Assembly: GCF_023055435.1 (NCBI RefSeq)
Contig: NW_025963891.1
Coordinates: forward strand, 9,424,001 to 9,488,000
DNA: 64,000 nucleotides
Reading direction: 5' to 3'
Source: Haliotis rufescens
Lineage: Eukaryota
Shown here one piece after another: positions 25,343-39,939 of the stretch; positions within the stretch are counted from its first letter, which is position 1; the number at the start of each line of letters is the position of its first letter. A program made the position numbers and the translations under genes. Under the pieces are notes generated by a model. The model was not told where the DNA came from. It made no database searches and saw only the letters and a program-made list of their open reading frames with translations.

Positions 25343-26041
25343 CATCTTCTAGAGGCAAGGGAGTTAACTGACTATAAACGTCCAGTTTCAGCCCTTGCCA
25401 AACTAGGATTGAATTATGGACTGAACTAACGAGTCTATGCAAAGTCCAATCAAAATCGCGTAACGAAATGCACATCCGGTTCGTAAACTGCTGTGCAGAT
25501 TTCAGTCGATTGCAGAATTCGCAAAGCCTGTGTACCGCCAAATCGGCATCAACAGATCGGCATCTGGCCATGTTTTAAATCATGGTGCACACCTGATTTG
25601 ATGCGCTTCGCGAAGTAACACCCGTTTTACCACAATATAGATTTTGATTATCGATCAGATCGCCTTTACTGGCTGTCGCCATTTTGTTTGAAGTAAATCC
25701 AAGCAATATGAGATTTGGAATCTGATAGGAGGGACATAGAAGGGACATAACTCGTAATAGCCACTGGTGGCTCAACGATCGAGCCCAGAAATTCCAACCT
25801 AGTTCGGTAAGGTGGAAACTGGACGTTTATAGTCAGTCACCTCCTTTGCCTCGGGAAGAGGGAGGGAGGGAGTATGGTTTTACGCCGCTTTTAACAATAT
25901 TTCAGCACTATCACGGCGGGGGACACCAGAAATTGGCTTCACACATTGTACCCATGTCGGGAATCGAACCCGGGTCTTCGGCGTGACGAGCGAACGCTTT
26001 AACCACTAGGCTATACCCGACCGCCCCGCCTCGGGAAGATG
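25343..26041. mobile_element. MULE-like non-autonomous transposon, copy 2 (diverged), with SINE A in its right TIR
   Basis: Same TIR and body as 9960-10500; flanks ctacacag/caacgcag (imperfect). Confidence 0.85.
25860..26027 (-). mobile_element. SINE family A with (TCCC)n tail
   Basis: TSD gcctcgggaaga at 25848-25859 and 26028-26039. Confidence 0.95.
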
Positions 26042-26981
26042 CAACGCAGAGGAACACAGTGGTCTAGACTCATGTGCATTATAACACTTTTCAAGAGATG
26101 GCGAACATTTCCACGACGTTGTAGCAAGCAATGCCGTGGACATTACTACGGTGTCTATGATAGATAGAAGTTCATTAGATCCTGGGGGCGCCACAGCGAA
26201 GGCCAAGGCTCGAATCTCCATCTAACCATAGGGCAGACACTTGTGATCGCTGAAACACTGATGCAAGATATGTAAATATAACACGGAGAAGAATCCGTCT
26301 CGGTTACCTGCCGAAAAAGATTCCTTTGGGCTTAAAAGGCAAAATAATAAAGGTAAAATAATGTAAATTAAGTGAATGGACCACTGAACATTCAGTGATA
26401 ACACCAGGTGTTCGTGGAAAGGGTAAGCAATATGTTCCCTTATCACAACTACAGCGAGTATTGATGAATTAAATCATTTAAAACATGTTTTCCTTTACAG
26501 GAAATTAAGATCTACTCACAGATATATCAAATATATTTCTTTATCATTATATACATCATTCATGTGATGGATTCATCACTAAATATACATGTATAATGCT
26601 GAACATATTTTTTTTCAATTAAAAACTTTGTTATGCCTCATTCGATCCTGAATGTTCTAATGAGCCAAACTGGACATTGTGTCACTATTAGAATCACGCA
26701 GGGCTTCCTATTGAAAGAGTTTTTATGTCATTGAAGAACTGTTGTTAAATTTGATTATGTCTCTTTATCCTTCACTCATTCCTGCAGCAGTTTGTAAACA
26801 ATCACCCGTGACGGGGTAATTTTGTGTAAAAATATATTGGTTCAATGAAGACTTGGGTAAGAAATGAATTTTCAACCACATGACATCTACCATGTTTGAA
26901 ATGTAAATTTGTCCCGAAAAAATTCATCTATTACCCATTAGCAGTTGTGTATTATGCGGTCATTTTTGTTTTTATTTATAA

Positions 26982-27143
26982 GTGAGTGAGTAAGGTTTAA
27001 CGCCGCTTTTAGCAATATTCCAGCAATATCACGGCGGAGGACACCAGAAATGGGCTTCACACATCGCCCCCATGTCGGGAATCGAACCCGGGTCTTCGGC
27101 GTGACGAGCGAACGCTTTAACCACTAGGCTACCCGACATCCCC
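26982..27143 (-). mobile_element. SINE family A
   Basis: Near consensus. Confidence 0.95.
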
Positions 27144-28129
27144 TTATATTTATAAAAGTTTTAAATTAAAATGATATTTTTTTTTAAATATTACCATGTA
27201 GAAGTATCCTTTGTGCGCTGACTAAGCTCCACTACCGTTCATTTTTTATATAATATCGCCAACTTGAGATCTTTTTGATTGATAAATAAACTGAAATGTA
27301 TAGGTTCTTTTGTCTCTCAGTTAAGACACGCCATAGGTTACATGGGAAGTATCATATTTAATGACACAAGAGTTGACATCGGTCGTAATAAACCTGTATG
27401 GAGAGGGAGACGACACCGAAAATAATTAAATAACATAAATGTCAAAAGTTTATGTTTGTTAGTTTATGTGAACCTGCGCAATAGCAGACATTTAGTGTTA
27501 GGGCATATATCATAATGTTATAATTACACGTACGTGTAGGAATAAACTATGTATAATATCTTTATCCGGCCCCAGAAATTAGCACTCAATTAAAGGGAGA
27601 CTTCGAGGTCTCGAGCATGCCCTGTCTCAGTGTAGACGTATAATTAGTGTCAAATGAGAACACGAGACACTGTCTCTGTGTAATTAATGTAATCATTTAT
27701 TTTTAAAGTGACCTAGAAAATACACAAAAAATGAAGTTGAGTGAATGACCTGATTCAAAGTTGCCACAATAATTATTTGACCTAAAAGACGTCACTCTTT
27801 AAATTTATCAACATCAATGTATGTATTGTATTGTTTTTTTATGATCTTGTTTATTTGACGGAGAATGGGGGAAAATGCTGCCTGTGATGATATTAAATCT
27901 CTGTGTATGATTTATGTACACAACTTAGTAGTTCTGCTTTTAATATGTGGATGTTTGTTTTGGGGTTGGGTTATTTATAATAAAAGGGCACCGCTTGTAT
28001 AGATATGCCGTTATGCAAAGGTTGTTCAGCAATAAAGAAAGAACATATCGCCATGGTTTGCAATTTGTATTTCTAGTTCCTCTTCAATTTTCTTCGTTTC
28101 GTTTATGCAATTCCAATTTTAAAATATTC

Positions 28130-28960
28130 ACGAAGAGAATTGTGGGTATTTACGTTTCCGTTTATCTAACATCTAAACATTACGAAACGAAAGCGTTTAA
28201 AGCACCACATGGCTCATTTTTTTAGACGGCGTATTTTTACTTAAGGACTTCTGGCAAAGAAACTCAACTGATTAAAAACGTTGACATTGTGTAACTGGAA
28301 GAAATGAAGACGGAAAAAGAGAATTTGATTGTCTGTTTCAAAGTCGATAAAGTGATAACTTCTCATTGTCGGTTAATGATTCAAGGCGGCTTCGTTCCGC
28401 TGGTAGACAAAGGTCAGAGGAATGAAATACTCCACACGCATTTAACAGCTGGTCTTGATGACGTCACACAAATATTAATTAACATCACGTCACCGCCTGA
28501 AAGCAGATTGGACTGGAATGAATTCTTTATCAAAGTCAGGATCGTGTCGTGTCCCGATAACCGCTCACCCGACCTGGCAGCCCGGTCTAAAAACTCTCAA
28601 CAATTTGGAGAGGCCATCACGGAAACGGCGCGGAGCTCAAAGCATGGAAACGTTGATAATTAGGGGATGTGTGTGGATCGCCATCAGCGGCAGAAATAGC
28701 CACAACACATCTCGCAGAAGCGGGAAGAGAGAAACGCGAAGCTGCACGCAACGTTTAGCGAACCCGTAGCCCGGATCAGGTGAAGGATTTGTGGAATCTG
28801 ATCCCTTCATCAATCAGAACGCTTCGGGCATAGTTCACCTTTCGGCCTCGGATAGTAACGAGATGTGCCGAGTGTTCGCTTCGTTTGTTGAACTTCCGGT
28901 ATCCCCGGGCTGAATACTGAGAATGCCCAATATTCGGTCCGCATTAACCGGAAGATACTT
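28130..28960. promoter_or_regulatory. Repeat-free CpG-rich island, putative regulatory element
   Basis: Unique; TGACGTCA near 28459, CATCAATCA at 28808. Confidence 0.35.
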
Positions 28961-29210
28961 TGATTGATAGTGATTGGTTGGGTGGGTTAGTTATGAATTA
29001 TGGAATGATTGAAAAAAAAAATGAAATGAGTTGAATTTCCAGAAGTTGGGTTGGTTTTTTTCAGTTTTAAACGTAGTTAAAAGCCACGCCACATGACCTT
29101 TTCAGTATTTTCAGATGTACGACGTGTAAGATACGAGGTTTATTGAGTTTGATATACCAACAACTTCAGTTTAAGTATTCATAAATTAAATTTTCGTTTC
29201 TAATTGTTCT

Positions 29211-29359
29211 TGGGCGGTGGGGTTGCCTCGTAGTTAAAGCGTTTGCTCGTCACGCCGAAGACCCGGGATCCATTCCCGACATGGGTACAATGTGTGAAGC
29301 CCATTTCTGGTGTGATATTGCTGGAATATTGCTGAAACCACCCTCCCTTACTCACATAC
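29211..29359 (+). mobile_element. SINE family A, internally deleted
   Basis: TSD tctaattgttct. Confidence 0.9.
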
Positions 29360-30789
29360 TCTAATTGTTCTGTTATCCTTTGAAATAGGGTTAATATGAA
29401 ATCAGATTCAACCCATATACGATATATCTCAAAGCAGGTCTAAAGCGTATCATACTCCAGAGTGAAACAGAATCCCAAACGTAGGACTTCACATGTTAGG
29501 ATTGGTTCCGCTCTCATGAAAAGCACCGAAAAGCATAATGTGAAATTATAACGAGACGACGAAAGTGCTCTCCCCACAGCGATGAGTTCCCATACCGGCG
29601 GCAACGATAGATTGATGATAACGTTATCAAGCTTATATTATCCATAAATGACAGCTTTGGTGATTACGTAATACGCATGTTGCATTTTTACTTCATAAGT
29701 AAGAGGAACAGAAAGCAAACACGTCTCGAAGGCGCATTAAATTTCATCATAATATAAACATGCCATGGGTAAGTTACAACATATGTTTTCATAAACTTGA
29801 TGGCGAATAAGTTTTATGATCTAAGCACGCGCTGTAACTCCTCCCGAGCAACTACTGTTTCAGGGGTAAAAACATCAATGTATCTACCGACTGTAGATGC
29901 CGTAACGGAGGTCACATTTAAGTACTGTTCATTGATTTGGTTCTTGCTAAATAAATTGAATTATGAAATATATCGCAAATGAGAAAAACGGGAAAAACCA
30001 TTTGGTCCTAATTTGCAATCTGAGTACTCAGATAAATGTTTTTTATGGACCTACGGGACTATATCTGAGTTTATTTCGTATGACAAATACTATATTTATA
30101 TTCCATGTTATGCGTGCAGCGTCATAAGTCACTGGTGATGAAGATGAAGATGGTGGCGATTACCACTGGGCCAGATCAGTGAGTTATTTGCTTTATACTC
30201 AGCTTATAGAAGTATTCCGCGAATGTCAAGGCGGTGCAGCGCTAATTAACTGTTAACCTTGTTACGTTTCAACCTTTGTTATCTTATTACTTTTGTTGTT
30301 CTTACAGGTACATATATATGCTCTCTGCTTCCTGGTATTTTTTCACCTGATGAAGGAGTAAGCATAAACTCCGAAACGTGGTGTTTTCCTCATAATAAAC
30401 TCGACATCCATACATTCTCTTCTTAATGTGTATCCCTTCTATATGAAATTCAGTGATTTGATATATGGATTGTTGTTCAAGCCGACATGTACCGTTCCAA
30501 GACAAACGCACCGAGAATGACACGAAGACGAGATCCGCGACCTATCAGTGTACCAAACACGGTTTCATGAGCGTGGAACTAACGTGTAACCAGCATAGCC
30601 ACAAGGTCTTCAGTGTTCAAAGTAAAGTGCAGGGCCCTATAGGGCCTAGTCCTAGAGACGACCTGTAGTATCAGTACTATTAACAAGGATGCTACAGATG
30701 CTACAGAATATGCTCATGAAGACTTTATAAAGGTGCAAGGGATCTGCACCGTGCAATGAACGCGGGTGTTGCAGGAAGACAGTTCGGCC

Positions 30790-31545
30790 AGGTACAAGGA
30801 CATGCACTGTACTATGAATAGAAAGACTAAAGTATATTCCGAAAACTAAGTCCAATGATCTACTCTGCACTATGAAAACACAGACTAAAGTTTAATCCAA
30901 AGACTAAGCCCAAGGACCTGCATTAAACTATAAACACAGACTAAAGTATAACCCGAAGACTAAGCATAAGGACCTGCTCTGCACTATGAAAACACCGACT
31001 AAAGTATAACCCGAAGACTAAGCGCAATGATCTACTCTGCACTATGAAAACACAGACTAAAGTATAACCCGAAGACTAAGCTCAATGATCTACTCTGCAC
31101 TGTGAGTGAGTGAGTGAGTGAGTTGGGTTTAACGCCGCTTTTAACAGTGTTCCAGTTATATCGCGGCGTGTCAGCTTAATGTGGGAGGAAAGCCAGAAGT
31201 GATGCAGGCCTCAGAAGTTTACCACTTCGGTGAAACCCACGAGCACGGGTATGGCGCTGACAAACCTAGAAACATAATCGGGGCGAACCGGGATTCGAAC
31301 CCACAATCATAGGTTTCTGGCGTGCCCAAGTGACGCAACTCTGTACAGCGAATCGCGGCGCCTTAGACGATTGGGCCACCCGTGCCCCCACTCTGCACTG
31401 GGAACACACAGACTAAAGTATAACCCGAAGACAAAGCCCAGTGGTCTGCACTACACCATGAAAACAGAGACAAAAGTATTACCTGAAGACTTAGGATCCG
31501 TACTGTACCATGGATCTACATACAATATTACCCGAAGACTATGAC
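30790..31545. repeat. 58-bp minisatellite (about 8 units) interrupted by SINE B
   Basis: gactaaag recurs at 30825, 30883, 30939, 30997 and 31055 and resumes after 31400. Confidence 0.9.
31103..31389 (-). mobile_element. SINE family B, full length
   Basis: TSD actctgcactg at 31092-31102 and 31390-31400. Confidence 0.95.
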
Positions 31546-32451
31546 TGCACTGTTGACAAGGTTTGGGGGACATGTATAGGTTTTGTGAACACGAAAACTA
31601 CAGCATGACCCGAAAACAAAGAGAGACGTCTTCACAAGCAAGGAACTTCCAGTTCGCGTACCACAGCGACAGAAGGAACACACATTACACTGTATGTTAT
31701 CATTTTCCTATCACCGTTGAGTTCTCGCGCTGGGTGGAAGTTTTAAAGAAGCGACATTTTCCTGGAAAAGTAGGTTAATTATACTCGAGTCAACCAAGAA
31801 GTCTAGCACCAGCCAGTGGCATCAATCACCACGTGGCCACGCCCACTTTCTGTCTCTGTAATTATCACGTAATAAACATTGGGTGCCGAGGCCCGCCTGT
31901 CACGTGCCTGGGGCGTGATGACACGACGCCGAACATAAAGTGTGTTTCAAGATTCGCCAAATTTCTAATGTATTTGACAGATACTTTGGACCCGTAACCG
32001 TGCTCCGTACAACAGTGCGTCTCCCATGTTTGATAAACCGTTCCATACCTGTCATTCCATATAAAGATATTCAATTATTAATTTCATGAAAAATATACGT
32101 TCTTGACCATAAAAGCAGGTCGCTGTATCACATGACATAATTTTACAAGAAGCCTCACAATTGCAAGCTCACGAGAAGTCGAATGCGGGGTTTAATTTTA
32201 AAAGTAGTTTATAGCCGGAAAATTGAGTTTTGGGGCGTTGTGCGCGCATAATGTATTATGTCATTTGGCGTTAGAACAGTTGGATCACTACCCGGGACAT
32301 TGGGAATGGTTTCCACGTTTTGCACGAAATTAGCTTTGGAATAGAACTCTAATCTTCGTCGTGATGATCGGACTCTATTACCGCTAGGCCACACACTGAT
32401 TCGCTTACTTCTAGCTCGTACTTGGTAATATACGCAACAGAATGTGCTGAG

Positions 32452-32729
32452 TGAGTGAGTTGGATTTAACGTCGCTTTAAACAGTATTCCAGTTATATCA
32501 CGGCGTGTCAGCTTAATGTGGGAGGAAAGCCCGAAGTGATGCAGGTCTCAGACATTTACCACTTCGGTGAAACCCACGAGCAAGGGTATGGTGCTGACAA
32601 ACCTAGAAACATGATCGGGGCGAACCGGGATTCGAACCCACAATCATAGGTTTCTGGCGTGCCCAAGTGACGCAACTCTGTACAGCGAATCGCGGCGACG
32701 TAGACGACTGCCCCCTCCCCCCTGCCCCC
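32452..32729 (-). mobile_element. SINE family B, full length
   Basis: TSD gaatg(t/c)gctgag. Confidence 0.95.
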
Positions 32730-32825
32730 GAATGCGCTGAGATAACGGTGGTCTGCTAGAATATTGCAGATGTGTTTGATACAAGTTTCCATGTTTTTCA
32801 CCTGGCTGCCATATTCATGTTTATT

Positions 32826-33601
32826 TTGTTTGTTTGTTTGTTTGGTCAGTAAAAAATCGAGTATGGACCAGTCAATCCAGTGATTGACATCATGAGCATC
32901 GAACCACGCAATTGGGATACGACGACATGCATCAACCAACTCAGCAAGCCTGATCACCCGTTAGTCGCCTCTTACAACAAACATAGCCGCCTTTTACGGC
33001 AAGCATGGGTTGATGAAGACCTATTCTATCCCGGATCATCTTCCCGAGGCAAGGGAGTTAACTGACTATAAAAGTCCAGTTTCCACCCTTGCCGAACTAG
33101 GCTGGTATTATGGAGTTACATTGTGGCTGGACTAACGAGTCTATGTACAGTTCCAATCTAAATCGCGCACCGAAATCGAAATCCGGTTCGTAAACTGTCG
33201 TGCAGATTTCGGTCGATTGCAGGATTTGCAAAGCATGTGCACCGCCAACTCGTTGTCAGCAGATATTTTCCAAATCTTATCATGTTTTTAATCAAGGTGC
33301 TCACGTGATTTGATGCATTTCGCGATGTAAGACCCGTTTTATCACAATATAGATCTTGATTATCGATCAGATCGTCCTGACTGAGCGCCACCATTTTGTG
33401 TGAAGCAAACGCAAGTGATACGAGAGGTGGAATCTGATTGGTCCATAGGAGAGGCTTACAAGAGACATAACTGGTGATAGCCACTGGTGGCGCTACGATC
33501 GAGCCAGTAATTCCCGCCAAGTTCGGCAAGGGTGGAAACTGGTCTTTTAAAGTCAGTTAACTCTCTTGCCTCGGCAAGATGACCCCGGATCTTCACGGGT
33601 C
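32826..33601 (-). mobile_element. SINE family C interrupted in its head by a DNA transposon
   Basis: Head resumes as accccggatcttcacgggtc after 33581. Confidence 0.9.
33037..33581. mobile_element. MULE-like non-autonomous transposon, copy 3
   Basis: Same TIRs as copy 1; 9-bp TSD a(t/c)cccggat. Confidence 0.9.
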
Positions 33602-33959
33602 AGGAACAAGCTAAGTGGAAAGGAGTGACTCCCAGGACTAAAATCTAAAATAATATTCGTTCTATGACTAAACCCAAACTTGACCACTTGAATGTTAATA
33701 CATGTAACAACACTAAATAAATTGCCACATAAGTACCGTTTATGGGTTGTTGTGATTGAACCAAACTGTTTTCTATCAAGGCGCAGAAGCTACACATGTA
33801 GATGACATGTGTGATACCACAAACACAGTTTGAACAAAACGAAAATTCAAGCCCCTCAAACAATTAAAATAATCGGTCCCTTAAATTATACCAATTACCA
33901 CACTGTATTGTGTTATCACTTTAGATTATTATTGGCAGCTAAAGTAATACCAATTACTC

Positions 33960-34900
33960 TCTTAGTTCATTTAATCGTCGACAGTTGGCATACATTTGCT
34001 GAAATTCACCTCAGTGTGCAAGCGCCACAAAAACTTAAATTCAATCTGTGTAAGATCAGCCAACAACACAGGCCCGCATCTCGTGGGCATAAAACGTCTT
34101 AGTAAAACACCATGTTTGATTATTGACGACAATTTCGTTTTTTTCCACAAACCAGTGCCGCCGTAACAACGTTTTTAAAAGAAACATCGCGACTGAAATT
34201 ATCGTTGAACGTTGTGGCGGACTTTTAATAACCAGGGTCGCCTGATCCTAAACTGCTGTTTATAGCCAAACACCAATTGGCGACGGGAATAAAATCGATG
34301 AAATCTTTAATAAGATCCCGGAATTATCGGATAAATCACGCACGCTCAGTTCATGGTAAATTAAACATGGTGGTTATAGCGCTTTTTAAAACCAGGACCG
34401 CTTTTAAAGTATCCTGGTACTAGGCATACACCTTTTTCTCTTTAAAACGGACATTATGCGGCGCTAATTTGGGACAAGCGCTCACAATGAAATGTTCATA
34501 TTTCATGGCGAACTTATGGCCGTGTTGTCGCGTCAACACCAAGATGAGGGTACGGCCGCAAACTTTGATGTTGCCCCGTTAACTGGGTAAATGTATTGGA
34601 GCTTGGTAGCTCTCAATAAACGACTGCTGCAGCACTGTCTGTTTACTGGGCCCCGCCGTCGGAGTTTTTGCTTTGTGTCTTCCATGGCGCTCTAGGCTGC
34701 CGCTGAAGCGAGAAATTGATCTCTCGCGGATTTCCGCGCGGATGACGACGATTCGCGCCGAACTGAGTGGCTTAGGAACCTGGAGCGGAGCGCGGAGCGC
34801 CAGGTTGAAGTGATGCCTGTCGACTCGTGAATCGGTTTGAATTGATATTGGTGAGCTGTGCGTGTCAAAACTGTAATCCAAACGTCAAGCCATTACAATG
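33960..34900. promoter_or_regulatory. Repeat-free CpG-rich island, putative regulatory element
   Basis: About 0.9 kb unique, CpG-dense towards 34500-34860, no credible ORF. Confidence 0.35.
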
Positions 34901-36402
34901 TGTAATTATGATAAATGTAACATTCGAAAGAATACGTATATGCATTTCATAACTGTTTCGGCATGCGGTTTTGTATTTCCGTATAAAATAATATGTCTTC
35001 AGAAAACAAACAGTATCTTATCATGTATTTTTTTGTTGAATTGATTTTCTTTGAATCGTTGTAATGTAATTATATTTCCAAACTCCTGCTTTACCAACAT
35101 TTTTACAAAATTGTGAAAAGAGATTTCCAACTTAAATATGCTTGAAACATTCATTCAAACAGATAACAATTCTGGTTTTTATTCTCTAATTTGAACTTAA
35201 CACTATTTCCTGATTTCAGAGTCCATACACTGTCAAAATAAGCACACCCACGTGAGTGTTAACACTGAGCCTGATCCGGTTGTAAAGCGTGAACGTTTGT
35301 GATGTGAACAGCAGATAACCGTTCATACGTGGCAAACATGATCTGTACATAAAATGATGATGAAAACAACAGTGATGATCTACACAACTGTTCAAAAATA
35401 TACATATCCTAGTCATTTCAGAACATTTCAAGCCGATCACGATAAAGGGTAGGACGTTTGTTTCGTAGAGTAGTGTAATTAACTTTTCAATCATGCTGTA
35501 CGTGTAATGCCAGGAGTTTATGACATCAGGCATATGAAATGCATGTTTGCAAGTTGGAGATTAAGGCTCGTAGTTTCAATTAAAACAATTTCTAGAGTTG
35601 TTGCCCCCCCCCCCCCCCCCCCACGAAAATCAAATGGTCGCGGTCCCTACTGGTCCCAGGAAGTATTCGAAACCATGCGCCGACTGTGCATCATGACGGT
35701 AACACTACTTGTTTAAATGTATTAGGTGATGGACGGTTTACCAACATTTGTATTGATTCTACGCTGATTGCATCCAATACCAAACCTGCAGAATGAAGTA
35801 TCCCATTGTTCCGCCACACAGTCCGTTCTTTATCTATATATGTCACACGTCAACATCACCCGGGTTTGCTATGCACCTACTAAAAATGCTATTAAATCCA
35901 CCAGAGCCCTTTGAAAAGTTATATCTAATTTAATTCACAAAATGTTCAGGCAAAGAAAATCTGCATCTCCCCCCTAACAAAATATCATAGCAATATTTGT
36001 ATTCTGTTTTGTATGTCAATGTTTTAATTAGTCATGTTCATGTTTTGTACCCTGCCCCCTGTGGGTGTTTTGTACAATAAATATTCTTCTTCTTCGTCGT
36101 CTTTGTCTATGAATTATTTTTAAATCAGCTGTTAATAGTACTCTATCAAACAGGTTAACAAATCATATATAATTAATTGTTAATACAATACAGTGTTCTT
36201 GTTACTGCTGAACAAAGGCGTAAACACGTTGGGACAGTAGGCGTTCCGCGTGCAACGGAAGAAACCATTTTCATCGAGCGATGGAGTATGGGACTGCGAT
36301 GGAGTATGACGTGGTTCACGTGGAGTTCACGCTCTACGAGCATTCGTTAAAGACTGACCCACGCGGCACACCCTCGACCCTGCTGTTGCTATCGATTAAT
36401 CG

Positions 36403-36583
36403 GCATAGGCGCGCAGGGTCGGGGGGGGGGGGGGGGGAGAGAGCAGTCGAGACCCCCCCCCCCCCCCCCCCCCCCTTTTCAAAAATGTAAATGTATGCTA
36501 TTAATTATCTATTTGAGAGGATTTTGATATTTGATATTTGATATTTTGGACCCCTCCCTAATAGAAATACTGGGTCCGCCCTT
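36403..36583. mobile_element. Degenerate MITE with poly-G/poly-C arms
   Basis: cataggcgcgc...poly-G...poly-C...ctgggtccgcccttg. Confidence 0.45.
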
Positions 36584-37314
36584 GCACGTGTTAGGTTCAA
36601 ATGTCAGATCATGATTTTCCAAAGATTAATTAGCAGTTGTCCATTAAATGAAAATTAATATGGTATATATTTATGCATAACGAATATTATATGTATCTTG
36701 ATTCTTGATTCTTAATCATGAAGGTGACTTAAAGTATATCCATCACCATGCAATCTGGAAGGCAGCTAGAAATCTGACTTAAATCCAAAATCTAAAACTG
36801 ATACAGAAATGTCTCGATCTACGTGGCTTATAATTGAGTCAATGTCAACTAGCTGGCGTCATCGTGTTCGCGATGCATTGATTTAATCTGAAGCAATATA
36901 TCAGAACACTTATTTTCATCTTACCATACCGTCATACCAACAAAGTGTCTGCAGTTGTTTTCTCCCTACGCACGTGAGCAGGAACATCGCTCGGGTGATG
37001 ATTAGTCGGATATCTCCATCTCACAGACTCGCGAGGGATGCAAGGAAGGCGCTTGCAGTGTGGACATTCGTGTAGCGCCAGAACGTCTTTGCTTACTTAG
37101 GCCCCTCCGTACAATATGGGTCTTCTCTGTTGGCATACATAACATTAATATTATCAGATTCCCAGATTCGCTCCATTAGAATAGTCTGCAGGTGAAGGTT
37201 AAGTCTCCGTGTTCGAAGTATAGTGTAGTCTTTGGATCATTCTGAAGTGGTGATGTAAGTTGACAAAGCTTCGTAAAGCTTCACCTGGCTCCTAAACTGT
37301 ATACAAGTAGACTT

Positions 37315-37500
37315 AAGAGGCGTCTGACTATACTCGTCGTAAGAAGCGGGATCGGGATCGGGGTGGTGAGACTCGCTGACTTGGTTGATGCGTGGATCGA
37401 TGCGCATGATATCAATCACGGAATTGTCTGGTCCAGACTTGATTATTGACTGAACGCCGTCACGTAGCTGGAATATTGCCGAGTGCGGCGTTAAACAGCA
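37315..37500 (+). mobile_element. SINE family C, partial
   Basis: Hairpin modules, body and tail. Confidence 0.8.
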
Positions 37501-38530
37501 ATCAGAGTCGAAGCGCTCGGATCAGTTGTGGAATGTAGTCCAAATGTTTACAGCCTTCATGTTTATCGTATTATTGACCAACCTTTTGTACTAGAATCTG
37601 TACTTTACTAAGAAAGTCTAATCCCAAATGATTTAACATTTAACTTTTAATAAGATACTACTTGTGGAAGGGGATGGGGGTTACAAATGGTTCAGCAAAA
37701 TATGGAACACGTAATGCTTCAGAATTTGCAACAAAAGATTGTCCACTGGATGTGCAAGCACACGTAAGGCCACGAGTTTGGATTCCCACGGGGAAATGAT
37801 CAGAATCTGGCCATCGTATCTCTTTGTAGTTCTGATGCCACCGAAGTCGGAAAATGAACACCCGTTCGACGTCCGCGTGTGCCATCTGCGATTGGCGTGC
37901 GCCATATTGTCGAGTTACATAACTGAATGCGTGTGTCTGTTATAGATAATTTCACTGGACCGAGGGCGCGCCGTGTCGCCGTCGCGTTGTGTCACCGGGC
38001 GCATGAATCATCATAAATTGCAAACTGCGTTGTATCAACTACACAAGAATCACCTAAAAAATACCAAAAATATCTGTCGTTCGTGCATCATCTGTCAAAG
38101 GCATCAACAATTATATTCGTAAATGAAGACCATACTTTCAATAACAACACATCAAACGGAAGAGTATTTTTTCAAATTTCTGTTGATCGTCAATAGCTCT
38201 GTTCTCATATAATATATTTCAGCATAATGGAATCCCGAAAAAAAACGTTTTTTCCCGTTTAAATGTATTACGAAAGTCGGCATTAATGTTTCGGAAAAAA
38301 CCCGTTTCAAATGTCCCGAAAAGATATTAGCGATTTGTCATCACTGAAAACATATTTAATTAGATTCGTACCGCATCCACATCTGCTATCATTACATTCG
38401 TTTCAATTGTTATTAAACCGATGTGACAGCAGTACTGTAACGTAATATCGAATATAAAATCATTCGCTAATAACAGTCAACCCACGTACACTTTATCATT
38501 GAAAACATTACGTATGTCATCAACGAAGTG

Positions 38531-38878
38531 ACCCGGTTGGAATTGGCCTTCGGCAACCCATGCTTGATGCGACTACGCTTGTCGTAAGAAGCGACTAACG
38601 GGATCTGTCAGGCTCGGTGACTTAGTTGATGCATGTCATCGTATCCCAATTGCGTAGATCGATACTCATGATGTCAATCATTGGATTGTTTGATCCAGAC
38701 TCGTTCATTTAAGGACCGCCGTCATATAGCTGGAATATTGCTGAGTGCGGCGTTAAACAACAAACCAAATTAACCGAAGCGTAGATCGATGCTCATGATG
38801 TCAATCATTGGACTTTCTGATCCAGACTCGTTTACTTAAGGACCGCCGTCATAAGGATGGAATATTGCTGAGTGCGGT
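38531..38878 (+). mobile_element. SINE family C with tandem duplication of its 3' half
   Basis: gcgtagatcgat...gctgagtgcgg occurs at about 38652-38750 and 38779-38878. Confidence 0.85.
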
Positions 38879-39049
38879 GTTCCCGAGCAGGGAACTGCCC
38901 AGTGTACCTTCATCTACAGTCTGTTATTACATCACTTGGAAATTGAATTCCTCAAACACAAGCATACATTTTGTTTCTTCAACTGACAAAATACTTTGAC
39001 ACGTAAGTGGTTAATTTACTCTTCACTAAACATGACGTGAAACATCATG

Positions 39050-39700
39050 AGCACCCAGTGATCAGAGGACGAGAAAGCGTCCCTTTAAAACATAGACGAG
39101 GAGTCTCTTTAAAAGCGTTTGAAGACACGAGATGGCAAATCAGATTCCATGGAAAATTCTCACAAGACAGGATTCCCCACTTTGGGCTTTCCAAAGCACC
39201 AGAACAGGATATTTTTAATCCTAAACAGCGACAATCGTGGTTGTGTCAGAAACTGCACGCGGCACGCAATCGGTCTGCAAAAAGCGCCCCTTTAGCGACA
39301 CGTGTGCGTACATTTCGTCAGCTGGCAGCCATTCGGCTCGCGGAGACGTGGTTTTATGAGCCACGGTAACTTGTATGCAATACTCTGGAGACAGGCTACG
39401 CATATATCAAATATCAAAATTAATTTGTTGCAGATATGGCGACCTTTCATCGAATGGAAGCTTCGCGCGTCTGTCACAGTGATAATGTTACGATGGCCGA
39501 GGGGCACACGGGGAATCTATGACACGTTCGTCGCGAGGCTGATGGCACACGGGATCGTTATAGTCTGTTTCTGGTGGTCGCACAAAACACTATTGCGTCG
39601 CAGTTGGAAGATAAACAGTTGTGACGTGGGTTTCTTCCACCATCAGCTCCGCTGTGTACAAGTGTGTGGAGGGGGATGTGTCGGCTATTAGATCAGCAGA
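39050..39700. promoter_or_regulatory. Repeat-free CpG-rich island, putative regulatory element
   Basis: Unique, CpG-rich; TTTTATGA at 39352; a similar smaller island lies at about 37730-38060. Confidence 0.3.
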
Positions 39701-39939
39701 TCTGTGACAGCCATATGATGTGGGTGTTTGTCGTACAAGACTGATGGTATCTTTTTTGACACCGTTGTTGGCAACGTTCCAGCTATGTCATCACGGCCGG
39801 AAAATAATCTAGTCTGGACCCGATAAACCGGAGGTGAAATCAACACCAAATGTATTATGGTAAATCTGAGAACCTGCATCATGAAATACGTCGTTAGCAG
39901 ATAAACGATGGCAAACGCAACGAAGTCACACATTATGCC

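Noticed and set aside
28304-28769. ORFs in the unique island (also 34579-34881, 39007-39691) as exons
   Set aside because: No recognisable domain; short ORFs are expected in GC-rich sequence
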